Shown here piece by piece: positions 51,397 through 59,953 of a stretch of 64,000 nucleotides of DNA. The notes beneath the pieces are model-generated. The model saw only the letters and a list, made by a program, of their open reading frames with translations. It was not told the DNA's origin and did not search any database. The stretch is from Nannocystis bainbridge (lineage in GTDB: Bacteria > Myxococcota_A > Polyangia > Nannocystales > Nannocystaceae): contig NZ_JAQNDL010000004.1 in assembly GCF_028368995.1 (NCBI RefSeq), positions 512,001 to 576,000 of the forward strand, written 5' to 3'. Both the position numbers and the translations under genes were made by a program. Within the stretch, counting starts at the first letter, position 1. Each line of letters begins with the position of its first letter.

Positions 51397-51816
51397 TCAG
51401 AAATCGATGACGACGGAGCGGGCCGAGACCTTGGCCGGGCCGTGGAACACCGCCTCGACGTTGTTGCCGGCGGGGTCGAGCAGGAACGCGGCGTAGTAGC
51501 CGGGGTGATACGGGCGCTCGCCGGGGGCCCCGTTGTCGCGGCCGCCCGCGGCCAGGCCGGCGGTGTGGAAGCGTTCGACGGCGCCACGATCGGGGGCCTG
51601 GAAGGCCAGGTGGACCCGCCCGGTGGTCTGACCCTGGGCCGCCTTGCTCTCGGCGGTGGAGATGAAGAGCTCGTCGTACCACACGTGGTCGTCGGCCTCG
51701 CCCCCGCGCGGGACGCCGAGAGCGCCGAGCACCGCGGCGTAGAAGCGCTTGGCCGCGGGGAGGTCGGTGACGACGAGCTGGATGTGATCGATGAGGCGAC
51801 CGCGGTGGAGCTGCAT
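51397..51816 (-). CDS. VOC/glyoxalase family protein
   Basis: GRLIDHIQL, HLAFQA, GGRDNGAPGERPYHPGYYAAFLLDPAGNNVEAV. Confidence 0.92.
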   Translation of the reverse strand: MQLHRGRLIDHIQLVVTDLPAAKRFYAAVLGALGVPRGGEADDHVWYDELFISTAESKAAQGQTTGRVHLAFQAPDRGAVERFHTAGLAAGGRDNGAPGERPYHPGYYAAFLLDPAGNNVEAVFHGPAKVSARSVVIDF

Positions 51817-51856
51817 GCCCCACCGTAGCCGATCGTTCGGCGCGCGCAACGCCGAG

Positions 51857-53332
51857 TCAGGCGACGGCCTGGTAGTCGCGCAGGTCGAGCTGACGGGTGC
51901 GGAGCCAGTAGCTGACCGTAAAGCCAGGCCACAGCGCGGCGGCCCGACCATCGGCGGTCTGATACCAGCTCTTGCAGCCCGAAGACCACACCGTGCGGCC
52001 GAGCTGCTCGTAGAGCTCGCTGGCGAAGGCACTCTGGACCTCGGGGCGGACGTCGAGGGTCCGCAGGCCGCGGTCGCGGAGCGCCAGGATGCACTGCAGC
52101 GCGTAGCGGACCTGGGCCTCGATCATGAAGATCATCGAGTTGTGGCCGAGACCGGTGCCGGGGCCCATGAGCAGGTAGAGGTTGGGGAAGCCCGCGACGG
52201 TGATCCCGAGGTAGGTCTCGGGCTTGCCGCGCCAGTGGGCGTTGAGCTCGTGGCCGTCGGCGCCGACGATTGTGATGGCCGAGAGATAATCGGTGGCACG
52301 GAAGCCAGTGCCGAGGACGATGGCGTCGACCTCGCGCAGCACGCCGTCGCTGGTGCGCACGCCGGTCGGCTCGATGCGCTCGATCGCATCGGTCACCAGC
52401 TCGACGTTGGGCCGCGTCAGCGCCGGGTAGAAATCGTCGGAGATCAGGACGCGCTTGCAGCCCATGCGGTAGTCGGGCCGCAGGCGGGCGCGCAGGGCCG
52501 GATCGGCGATCTGGCGCGCGAGGTGCCGGCGCGCCAGCGGCTCGACCAGGCGCATGATCGCGGGCCGCATGAAGGCCAGCGCGCGCGCCTCGTGCTGCCA
52601 GTAGAGGCCGCTCCGCACCAGCCGCTGCAGGGCCGGCGCGCGGGCGTAGACGCGGCGCGCCAGCGGGCCGATCGGGTGGTCGGGCTTGGGCACGATCCAC
52701 GCGGGGGTGCGCTGGAACAGGTGCAGCCGCTGCACCTTCGGGGCGATCTGCGGCACGAACTGGATCGCGCTGGCGCCGGTGCCGATGACGGCGACTGTCT
52801 TTTGAGACATGTCGTAGCCGTGGTCCCAGCGGGCCGAGTGGAAGGTCTTGCCGGCGAAGCTGTCGAGCCCCGGCAGCTCGGGGTAAGCGGGCAGGTGGAG
52901 GGCTCCGTTGCCGAGCACGAGGGCGCGGGCGCTGTACTGCTCGCCTGCTTTGGTGCGCACGCGCCAGCGGCCGGCGGCGCGGTCGAACGCGGCGTGCTCG
53001 ACCTCGGCGCCGAAGCGGATGTGGCGGCGGACGTCGTACTTGTCGGCGCAGCGCTCGAGGTAGGCCTGGATCTCCGCCTGCAGCGGGAAGGCGCGGGTCC
53101 ACGCCGGGTTCTGCTCGAACGAGAACGAGTAGAGGTGCGAGGGGATGTCGCAGGCGGCCCCGGGATAGGTGTTGTCGCGCCAGGTGCCGCCGACGCTCGT
53201 GGCCTTCTCGAGCACGACGAAATCGGTGACGCCGACGCGGCGCAGCTGGATAGCCATGCACAGGCCGGAGAAGCCGGCGCCGACGATCACCACGTCGACG
53301 TCGCGGGAGGTGCTCGCAGCGAGTTCGGTCAT
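51857..53332 (-). CDS. Baeyer-Villiger-type flavin monooxygenase
   Basis: GAGFSG, GGTWRDNTYPG, FAGKTFHSARWD (FxGxxxHxxxWD), GTGASA, GTGF. Confidence 0.93.
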   Translation of the reverse strand: MTELAASTSRDVDVVIVGAGFSGLCMAIQLRRVGVTDFVVLEKATSVGGTWRDNTYPGAACDIPSHLYSFSFEQNPAWTRAFPLQAEIQAYLERCADKYDVRRHIRFGAEVEHAAFDRAAGRWRVRTKAGEQYSARALVLGNGALHLPAYPELPGLDSFAGKTFHSARWDHGYDMSQKTVAVIGTGASAIQFVPQIAPKVQRLHLFQRTPAWIVPKPDHPIGPLARRVYARAPALQRLVRSGLYWQHEARALAFMRPAIMRLVEPLARRHLARQIADPALRARLRPDYRMGCKRVLISDDFYPALTRPNVELVTDAIERIEPTGVRTSDGVLREVDAIVLGTGFRATDYLSAITIVGADGHELNAHWRGKPETYLGITVAGFPNLYLLMGPGTGLGHNSMIFMIEAQVRYALQCILALRDRGLRTLDVRPEVQSAFASELYEQLGRTVWSSGCKSWYQTADGRAAALWPGFTVSYWLRTRQLDLRDYQAVA

Positions 53333-53362
53333 CGGCCGCAGTGTAGCGTGGGGCGACGCGGG

Positions 53363-54265
53363 TCACGGCGCTCTCGCGCTGCGCACGTCGAGGGCGACGA
53401 GCCGCTCGCGCAGGCGCGAGGCCGCGGGCGGCAAGCTGGCGCCGCGCCGCCACATCAGGCGGTACGTCACGTGGCCGAGCTCGGGCACCGGGCGCGCGAC
53501 GGCGCCGCGAGGCAGGCTGCAGCTGCCGTTGACGATGGCGACGCCGAGGCCGAGGCCGGCGAGGTGCAGCATCAGCGGCCAGCCGTCGGCCTCGATCGGC
53601 GGCGCGCCGACGTCTGCCAGGCCGGCCAGCGCGCGGCCGACGAACGCGCGGTGCGACTGGCCCGCGGGGGCGAGGATCAGCCGCTCCCCCGCGAGGTCGG
53701 CCAGGCGCACGCGACGACGCCGGGCCAGGCGGTGACTGGCGGCCATCGCCACGCACAGCGGGGTGCGCAGGAGATCGCGGGCGACCAACTCCTCGGGCAC
53801 GAGGTCGACGACACCCACTGCCAGGTGAGCCGCGCCCTCACGCACGGCCTCGGCGGCGTCGGGCCCGCCGCGGGTGATCGGGCACAGCGTGGCGTCGGGC
53901 TCGTCGCGCGCGAAGGCCCGCAGGCTCGGGCCGAGCAGGTAGAGGTACGCGCCCTCGCCGGCGGCCAGGACGACGCGCTCGCGCCGGGCCTCGCCGCGCA
54001 GCTCGGCGAGGAAGCTCCGGGTACGCGCCAGCTCCTCGCGGGCGAACGCGGCCACCCGCACGCCGGCGTCGGTGAGCCGCAACTGACGGCCCTCGCGCTC
54101 GTACAGCGCCGCGCCGACCTCCTGCGCGAGGCGGGCGATCCGCTCGAACAGGGCCGGCTGCGACAGGCCGACCACCTTGGCCGCGCGGGTGAGGTTGAGG
54201 GCGTCGGCGAAGGCCACGAACGCGCGCAGCAGCTCACCGTCGAGTATCGGCACGACCGATGACAT
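53363..54265 (-). CDS. LysR-family transcriptional regulator
   Basis: NLTRAAKVVGLSQPAL...LYEREGRQLRLTDAG; GLGVAI. Confidence 0.9.
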   Translation of the reverse strand: MSSVVPILDGELLRAFVAFADALNLTRAAKVVGLSQPALFERIARLAQEVGAALYEREGRQLRLTDAGVRVAAFAREELARTRSFLAELRGEARRERVVLAAGEGAYLYLLGPSLRAFARDEPDATLCPITRGGPDAAEAVREGAAHLAVGVVDLVPEELVARDLLRTPLCVAMAASHRLARRRRVRLADLAGERLILAPAGQSHRAFVGRALAGLADVGAPPIEADGWPLMLHLAGLGLGVAIVNGSCSLPRGAVARPVPELGHVTYRLMWRRGASLPPAASRLRERLVALDVRSARAP

Positions 54266-54315
54266 ATCGAAGCATTCTAGACGACGCCGATAGCTCGCGG
54301 GGCCACCCTTCCAGC

Positions 54316-54867
54316 ATGCACGACGCCACCGCCGCTCCTCGCAGCTCGGCCGCCTGGTGGGCCGAGACCAAGGCCGACCCCGCGCGCCTGCTCGCCTGGC
54401 TGTTCGCGCAGTACCGCGGCGAGGTCACCGCCGCGCAGCGGATCGCCCGTCTGCGCGACGCCCACGCGACCCCGGGCAGCCGGGCTTACCGGCTGCTGAC
54501 GGCGATCGCCGGGCAGGAGCGCGACCACGCCGAGTGGGTCGGGGCGCTGCTGCAGGCCCGCGGCCACGCGCCCGCGGTGGTCGGCCCGGCCGAGGCGCGC
54601 TACTGGCGAGCGACGCTGCCCGGCATCGACGACCTCGAGACCGGCTGCGCCGTGGGGGCCCACGCCGAGGCGATGCGGCTGGCGCGGATCGAGGCGATCG
54701 CGGGCGATACGACGGCGCCGGCCGACATCCGCGCGGTGTTCGCCCGCATCCTGCCGCAGGAGCGCTTCCACGAGCGGGCGTTTCGCTCGCTGGCGACGCC
54801 GGCGAGCCTGGCCGCGACGCGCGGGGCCCACGAGCTCGGCCGCGCGGTGCTCGGGCTCGAGGCGTGA
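54316..54867 (+). CDS. Ferritin-like di-iron four-helix-bundle protein
   Basis: GE...QERDH and AE...QERFH paired E...ExxH motifs; divergent from LysR. Confidence 0.8.
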   Translation: MHDATAAPRSSAAWWAETKADPARLLAWLFAQYRGEVTAAQRIARLRDAHATPGSRAYRLLTAIAGQERDHAEWVGALLQARGHAPAVVGPAEARYWRATLPGIDDLETGCAVGAHAEAMRLARIEAIAGDTTAPADIRAVFARILPQERFHERAFRSLATPASLAATRGAHELGRAVLGLEA

Positions 54868-54879
54868 GGCGGCAGATCG

Positions 54880-54953
54880 GCTGTCTGCGAGAGCATGTCT
54901 CCGAGGGCATGTCTCGAAGAGCATGTCGTGAAGGACATGGCCTCGAGGTCTTG
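54880..54953. repeat. 14-bp-phased array (5 units) at a convergent junction
   Basis: Tetramers at 54880, 54894, 54908, 54922, 54936 and 54950. Confidence 0.92.
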
Positions 54954-54985
54954 TGGTGTGCGGTGCGTCCCGACCGGCTCCGGCC

Positions 54986-56893
54986 TCATGCGCCCGGCGA
55001 GTACCAGATCGGGCTGGTCCAGGCGCGCTCCTGGATGGTGCGCGGGACGGTCGGGTCGCTGCACGCGGGCGGGCGGGCGTCCTCGGCGAGGCCGAGGCAG
55101 TCGCGCCAGCTCCAGCGGCACACCGGGTCCTCGATCACGCGCACGTAATAAAAGGCGGGGCGCGCCGGGTCGAATTCGGGGTCGCGCCAGACCCCGCACA
55201 GGAGGGCCGCGCCGCGCTGCTCGGCGGCGCAGGTGGCCTCGTCGACGCTCGAGCCGTCGGGTCCGCCGGCGACGTCGATCACCGCGATCTGGCCGACGCC
55301 GTCCTCGTCTTGCCAGCCCTTGATCACCTGGATCCGCTCGAGCCGCGACCCGGGCGCGCCGGCGCTGCCGGGGTCCATCTGCGCGCTGACGGCGATGACC
55401 GGGCCCGACGTACCTGTCCTTTCAGGCAGGATCGCCCCCATCGGCACGCCGCGAGCGTCGGCGGCCGCGACGAAGTCGCCGGCGCCGCACAGATCTTCGG
55501 GCAGGCCCCAGCCGCCGAACACCCGCACGGCCATGCGCGGGCCGCTGGTGCCGTAGACCTCGCGGCGGCGGAGCGCGTCCCAGATCGACTCGCGGCTGTT
55601 CTCCTCGGCCCACACCGCGACCAGGCCGCCGGGGCTGTTGCGCGCGCCCGCGGGCACGTTGCCGGTGAGGCGGGTGACGGGGTCGCTCTCGCGGGCGCCG
55701 AAGTGGCCGGGGTAGGTCGCCTCCTCGACGTTGCCGGGCGTGCCGTTGTGGGTGTCGGTGCTGGCGATGACGCCGAGGCGGAACGGGTTGACGCCGAGGC
55801 GCTGCTCGGCGCCGAGGCCGGCGAGCAGGATCCCGCGCAGGAAATCGAGGCGCGACACGCAGCCGCGGCCGACCATGCCCTGGCTGCCGGTGCCGTCGCC
55901 GCAGTCGTCGAACGGCAGCACGCGCAGCTTCTCGAAGTCGCACAGCTCGTCGGGCGGGCCGAGGCCGACGACCCCGCGCGAGCACTCCGAGTCGCCCTTG
56001 TGCTGGTAGATCTCGAGCAGCGGCTCGAGGTCGGCGCGGACCTCGGCGAGCTCGGTCTCGTCGGCGCCGGCGGGCAACTCGGGCGTGAACAGGTTGCCGT
56101 TCGACCAGTTGCTGTTGTGCGGGATCGCCAGCACGTCGCAGCCCTCGCGGCCCTCGCGGCACTCGCCCTGCAGCCGCTGCCACAGCTCGCCGGCGGTCGG
56201 CGCCTCGAAGTGCGTGACCGGCAGCGCGGGTACGCGGCTCGAGCGGAAGATGACGTTGCGGTGGAGGTTCGACAGCATGCGCGAGCCCGACCACTCGTAG
56301 GCGACGAAGCTGGTGAAGCGGCAGGCGGCGGAGCGGTCGTAGGCGGCCTCGGCGGCCTCCTGCACGCGCTTCCACACCGCCCCGGCCCGCGCCTCGCAGT
56401 CGAGCCCGCCCTTGCCGCACAGGTCGTCCCAGCGGGTCGCGTCGTCGCCGTCGAGGCCGAGGCCGAAGTTGACGAGCGCCGCGGTGGTGCCGGCGCGGAA
56501 GTCCTGGCAGCGGTCGCTGTCGTAGACGGCCGAGCCCGGGGTGGTGCAGCCCTCGACCTCGGCCAGGTATTCGGCGTGATCGGTGACGGCGGCGAAGTCG
56601 AGCGGGCGCGCGAGCTTCATGCCGGCGACCTGCTCGCCGCGGGCGAACCGGTAGGCGCCGGCCGGATCGGTGCGCACGTCGTTGATCCAGGCGTCGAACG
56701 AGTAGGCGGTGTGGACGTGGAGATCGCCGAAGTAGAGGTTGCGCTGCGGGTTGCGGTCGCTGCACGCCTCGCGGCGGTCGACGAACGGCTCCGGCTCGGG
56801 GCGACAGGCGAGCTGACCCATCAGGCATGTCGTCAGAGACATGGCCGAAACGACAGGGCGAAGAGAACAGGTTCGATGGGACAGGCCGGTCAT
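54986..56893 (-). CDS. DUF3604 domain protein (PHP-like metal-dependent hydrolase), probable lipoprotein
   Basis: YFGDLHVHTAYSFDA, PLDFAAVTDHAE, YEWS, NLHRNVIF, IPHNSN.SNG, EIYQHKGDSE, STDTH, YGTSGPR, QERAWTSPIWY; start uncertain. Confidence 0.9.
   Translation of the reverse strand: MTGLSHRTCSLRPVVSAMSLTTCLMGQLACRPEPEPFVDRREACSDRNPQRNLYFGDLHVHTAYSFDAWINDVRTDPAGAYRFARGEQVAGMKLARPLDFAAVTDHAEYLAEVEGCTTPGSAVYDSDRCQDFRAGTTAALVNFGLGLDGDDATRWDDLCGKGGLDCEARAGAVWKRVQEAAEAAYDRSAACRFTSFVAYEWSGSRMLSNLHRNVIFRSSRVPALPVTHFEAPTAGELWQRLQGECREGREGCDVLAIPHNSNWSNGNLFTPELPAGADETELAEVRADLEPLLEIYQHKGDSECSRGVVGLGPPDELCDFEKLRVLPFDDCGDGTGSQGMVGRGCVSRLDFLRGILLAGLGAEQRLGVNPFRLGVIASTDTHNGTPGNVEEATYPGHFGARESDPVTRLTGNVPAGARNSPGGLVAVWAEENSRESIWDALRRREVYGTSGPRMAVRVFGGWGLPEDLCGAGDFVAAADARGVPMGAILPERTGTSGPVIAVSAQMDPGSAGAPGSRLERIQVIKGWQDEDGVGQIAVIDVAGGPDGSSVDEATCAAEQRGAALLCGVWRDPEFDPARPAFYYVRVIEDPVCRWSWRDCLGLAEDARPPACSDPTVPRTIQERAWTSPIWYSPGA
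56812..56885. repeat. 14-bp-phased array (5 units) in the DUF3604 5' region
   Basis: Tetramers at 56812, 56826, 56840, 56854, 56868 and 56882. Confidence 0.8.
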
Positions 56894-58074
56894 GCGGGGC
56901 TCCAGAAGGCGAGGACGCGCTCGATGGTCCAGGCGACGGCGACGGCGCCGAGGGCGAGGGCCGGGAGGGCGCGCAGCGGGGCGCGCGCGCGGGTCGGCAG
57001 GCGAGCGAGGCCGGCGCGGGCGAGGGCGGCGAGGGCGAGCACGACGGCGGCGACCAGCAACTGGCCGAGCTCGACGCCGGCGTTGAAGGCCAGCAGCGCC
57101 GGCACGGCGGCCCCCTGCGGCAGGCCGATCTCGGCCAGCGCGCCGGCGAAGCCGAGGCCGTGGAGCAGCCCGCAGGCGCCGGCGAGGCGCCAGGCGGCGC
57201 CGGTCGAGGGCTTCTCGCCGAGGGCGAGGGCGCGGGCCAACAGCACCAGCGAGACGGCGATGCAGGCCTCGACGGGCGCCTGCGGCAGCGCGAGCAGGCC
57301 GAGCGCCGCGAGCGCGAGGGTGAGGCTGTGGGCCGCCGTGAAGGCCGTGAGGGCGCCAGCGAGCCGCAGCGCCGGGCGCACGAGCAGCGTGAGGCCGGCG
57401 ACGAACAGCAGGTGATCGGCGCCGCCGAGGATGTGCTCGACGCCGAGGGCGAGGTAGCCGGGCGGCGGGCCGGGGCTCGGGTCGAGCGGGGCGGTGGTTT
57501 GACCTGGCCGGAGGACCATGGTCTGAAGGCCAGCCTCGGGGCGGCGCAGGTGGACGATCAGCTCGCCGCGCGCGAGGCCGGTGACGCCGAGCTCGCCGCG
57601 CAGGCCGTCGGGACCGCAGTTGGCGCGCAGGCGGCCGGGCGGGGCGGGCGAGGGCCGACAGTGCGGCGGGAGCTCGACGCGCAGGGCCTGGAGGTCGGGC
57701 TCGGGCGGGAGCTCGAGGCGGCCCTGGACGCGGCCGTCGGCGGCCTGCTCGAGCACGAGCACGGCCGGGCGGAACTCGTGGGCGCGGGCAACCGAGGCGT
57801 GGAGCAGCAGCGGCGCGGCGATGATCGCGGCGAGTGCTTTTGAGCCCGCCGCGGGCGGCGTCGGACGCGAGATCGAGGTGGCCGAAAGGACAGGTAATTC
57901 AGAAAGTTTCGCAGGGATCGCGGGCTGCGGCGCCGCGCACCGGGTCCGAGCGGAGGTTGAGATGGCCGAAGGGACAGGTAGGCCTCCGGGAGCGGTGCCT
58001 GCGAGCCGCGACGGGCGGGCGAGCGCCATGTCCGAAGGGACATGTGATGCGCCCGGTATGACTTCGGCGGTCAC
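56890..58074 (-). CDS. HupE/UreJ-like membrane protein with a periplasmic N-domain
   Basis: ARAHEFRP, YLALGVEHILGGADHLLF, AFTAAHSLTL, VEACIAVS, GLLHGLGFA, FNAGVELGQ; start uncertain (GTG 58074 is coupled to the upstream stop). Confidence 0.88.
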   Translation of the reverse strand: MTAEVIPGASHVPSDMALARPSRLAGTAPGGLPVPSAISTSARTRCAAPQPAIPAKLSELPVLSATSISRPTPPAAGSKALAAIIAAPLLLHASVARAHEFRPAVLVLEQAADGRVQGRLELPPEPDLQALRVELPPHCRPSPAPPGRLRANCGPDGLRGELGVTGLARGELIVHLRRPEAGLQTMVLRPGQTTAPLDPSPGPPPGYLALGVEHILGGADHLLFVAGLTLLVRPALRLAGALTAFTAAHSLTLALAALGLLALPQAPVEACIAVSLVLLARALALGEKPSTGAAWRLAGACGLLHGLGFAGALAEIGLPQGAAVPALLAFNAGVELGQLLVAAVVLALAALARAGLARLPTRARAPLRALPALALGAVAVAWTIERVLAFWSPA

Positions 58075-58925
58075 AGGTCGTGCTCCGCGAGCATCGCGGC
58101 GAGGTCGGCCGGCAGGTCGGTCAGGTCGGCGGGGTCGCTGCGGCGCAGCTCGGCGAGCGCGGCCTCGACGGCCTCGGCGCGGCGGCGCTCGGCCAGGTCG
58201 GCGGCCAGCCGCGGGCGCGCGGCGGCGAGCGGCAGCAGCTCGGCGGGCGCGCGGGCGTCGACGCGGACGGCGTGGGCGCCGAGCGGAGACTGTACGATCG
58301 ACCATGTCCCTGCGGGCATGTCCGTGAGGGCAGCCGCGAACTCGGGCCCGAACAGGCCGGCGTAGTCGCTGGCGGGGCGCAGGCCGAAGCGGCGGGCGTG
58401 CGGGCCCGGATCGCCGAGCGCGGCCGGATCGGCGCCGGCTTCGAGGAGGCGGACCAGCTCGCCCGCGGCGGCCGCGGGATCGGGGTGACGCCCGCGCGCG
58501 GCGAGCACCTGCGTCAGCGCGAGCCGGGCAGGCGCGGAGTAGCGGGCCGGTTCGGCGTCGCGCAGGGCCAGCAGGGCGGCGTCGGCGAAGGAGTCGACGT
58601 CGGCGGTCGATTCGTGGGCGAGGCGCAGCTTCTGGATCAGGCGCCGGCGCACGATCGGGTCGTCACGATCGAGGCCGAGGCGCACGGCCTCGCGGGCCAT
58701 GCGCTCGTCGTCGAGCGCGTCGCGCAGGGCCGCGGCCAGCTCGCGGTCGTCGGGGGCTCGCGCGAGCCGCTCGGTCAGCCCGGCCCGGGTCGACTCGACG
58801 CGGTCGCGGTCGACCCGCATGCCCGCGTCCGGATCGGGGCGCACTTGCGCGTGCAGGGCGAACAGGGCCAGCCCCGCGACGAGGAATTGGACGAGCGGTT
58901 CGCGGACGAGGGCGCGCCAGGTCAA
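58071..58925 (-). CDS. PpiC/parvulin-like peptidyl-prolyl isomerase-domain membrane protein
   Basis: REPLVQFLVAGLALF, REAVRLGLDRDDPIVRRRLIQKL, FGPEFA, W...SPLGAH. Confidence 0.85.
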   Translation of the reverse strand: MTWRALVREPLVQFLVAGLALFALHAQVRPDPDAGMRVDRDRVESTRAGLTERLARAPDDRELAAALRDALDDERMAREAVRLGLDRDDPIVRRRLIQKLRLAHESTADVDSFADAALLALRDAEPARYSAPARLALTQVLAARGRHPDPAAAAGELVRLLEAGADPAALGDPGPHARRFGLRPASDYAGLFGPEFAAALTDMPAGTWSIVQSPLGAHAVRVDARAPAELLPLAAARPRLAADLAERRRAEAVEAALAELRRSDPADLTDLPADLAAMLAEHDL

Positions 58926-59042
58926 GGCGCGGAACTATCCCTCGCGGGCGCCCGCGCGGGCAAGGGGCGGCCGCGCGGTGTCCGGCAATTCGACCGCAAT
59001 CGCGTGCTGGCGGCGGCGACGGGGTGGCGTACGATCGGCGGC

Positions 59043-59861
59043 ATGTCACTCGCAGGGCTGGCCAAGGACACGGTGGCGATCGTCGAGCGCGGCAGTTACA
59101 CCGGTCCTTCGGGACAGGTGGTGTCGATCGCCGCGGCGGTCGCGGCGGCGCAGGCAGGGACGGTGCTGTATCGGCCGCAAGACTTCGACGATCTGCCGAT
59201 CCCCGCCGGCGCCGGGCAGGGGCCGAAGATCGAGGTGTGGGCCGACACCACCGGCGGGGCGGCGCGCCGGCTGGTCGAGAAGGAGGGCGTGGCCGAGGTC
59301 GCGGCGCTCAACTTCGCCTCGGCCCGCAACCCCGGGGGCGGGTTCCTCGGCGGCGCCAAGGCGCAGGAGGAGGAGCTCGCCCGCTGCTCGGCGCTCTACC
59401 ACTGCTTGCTCGAGGCCCGCGAGTACTACGACGTCAACCGCGCCAACGAGTCGGTGCTCTACACCGACCACGTGATCTGGTCGCCGGGGGTCCCGTTCTT
59501 CCGCGACGAGCGGCTCGACCTGCTGGAGCGGCCGTTCCATGTCGGCGTCGTCACGGCGCCGGCTCCCAACGCGGGCGAGCACCTGCGCCGGGCGCCGAAC
59601 GGGCGCAAGGATGTCTCGACGGCGCTGCAGCGTCGGGCCGAGCGGGTGCTGCGGGTGCTGGCGCGTCACGGGCAGCACACGCTGGTCCTGGGGGCGTGGG
59701 GTTGCGGGGTGTTCCGCAACGATCCGAAGGAGGTCGCCCAGGTGTTCGCCGATCTGCTGCGCACGACCTACGCGAAGTCGTTCGCCCGGGTGGTGTTCGC
59801 GATCTACGACCGGACCCGCGACAGGGCCACGCTGGGGGCGTTCGAGCGCGTGTTCGGCTGA
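59043..59861 (+). CDS. TIGR02452/DUF2263 bacterial PARG-type macrodomain protein
   Basis: LNFASARNPGGGFLGGAKAQEEELAR (GGG-x6-QEE), YTD..IWSP.VPFFRD, LVLGAWGCGVFRNDP. Confidence 0.92.
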   Translation: MSLAGLAKDTVAIVERGSYTGPSGQVVSIAAAVAAAQAGTVLYRPQDFDDLPIPAGAGQGPKIEVWADTTGGAARRLVEKEGVAEVAALNFASARNPGGGFLGGAKAQEEELARCSALYHCLLEAREYYDVNRANESVLYTDHVIWSPGVPFFRDERLDLLERPFHVGVVTAPAPNAGEHLRRAPNGRKDVSTALQRRAERVLRVLARHGQHTLVLGAWGCGVFRNDPKEVAQVFADLLRTTYAKSFARVVFAIYDRTRDRATLGAFERVFG

Positions 59862-59953
59862 GCCGCGGCGCCGGGTGGTTCGGGGCATCGGGGGCACGGA
59901 GCAGATCCGTGCAGTGCTGCGCGCGGGTACCCGTTCTGGTATCGCTGGCGGCG

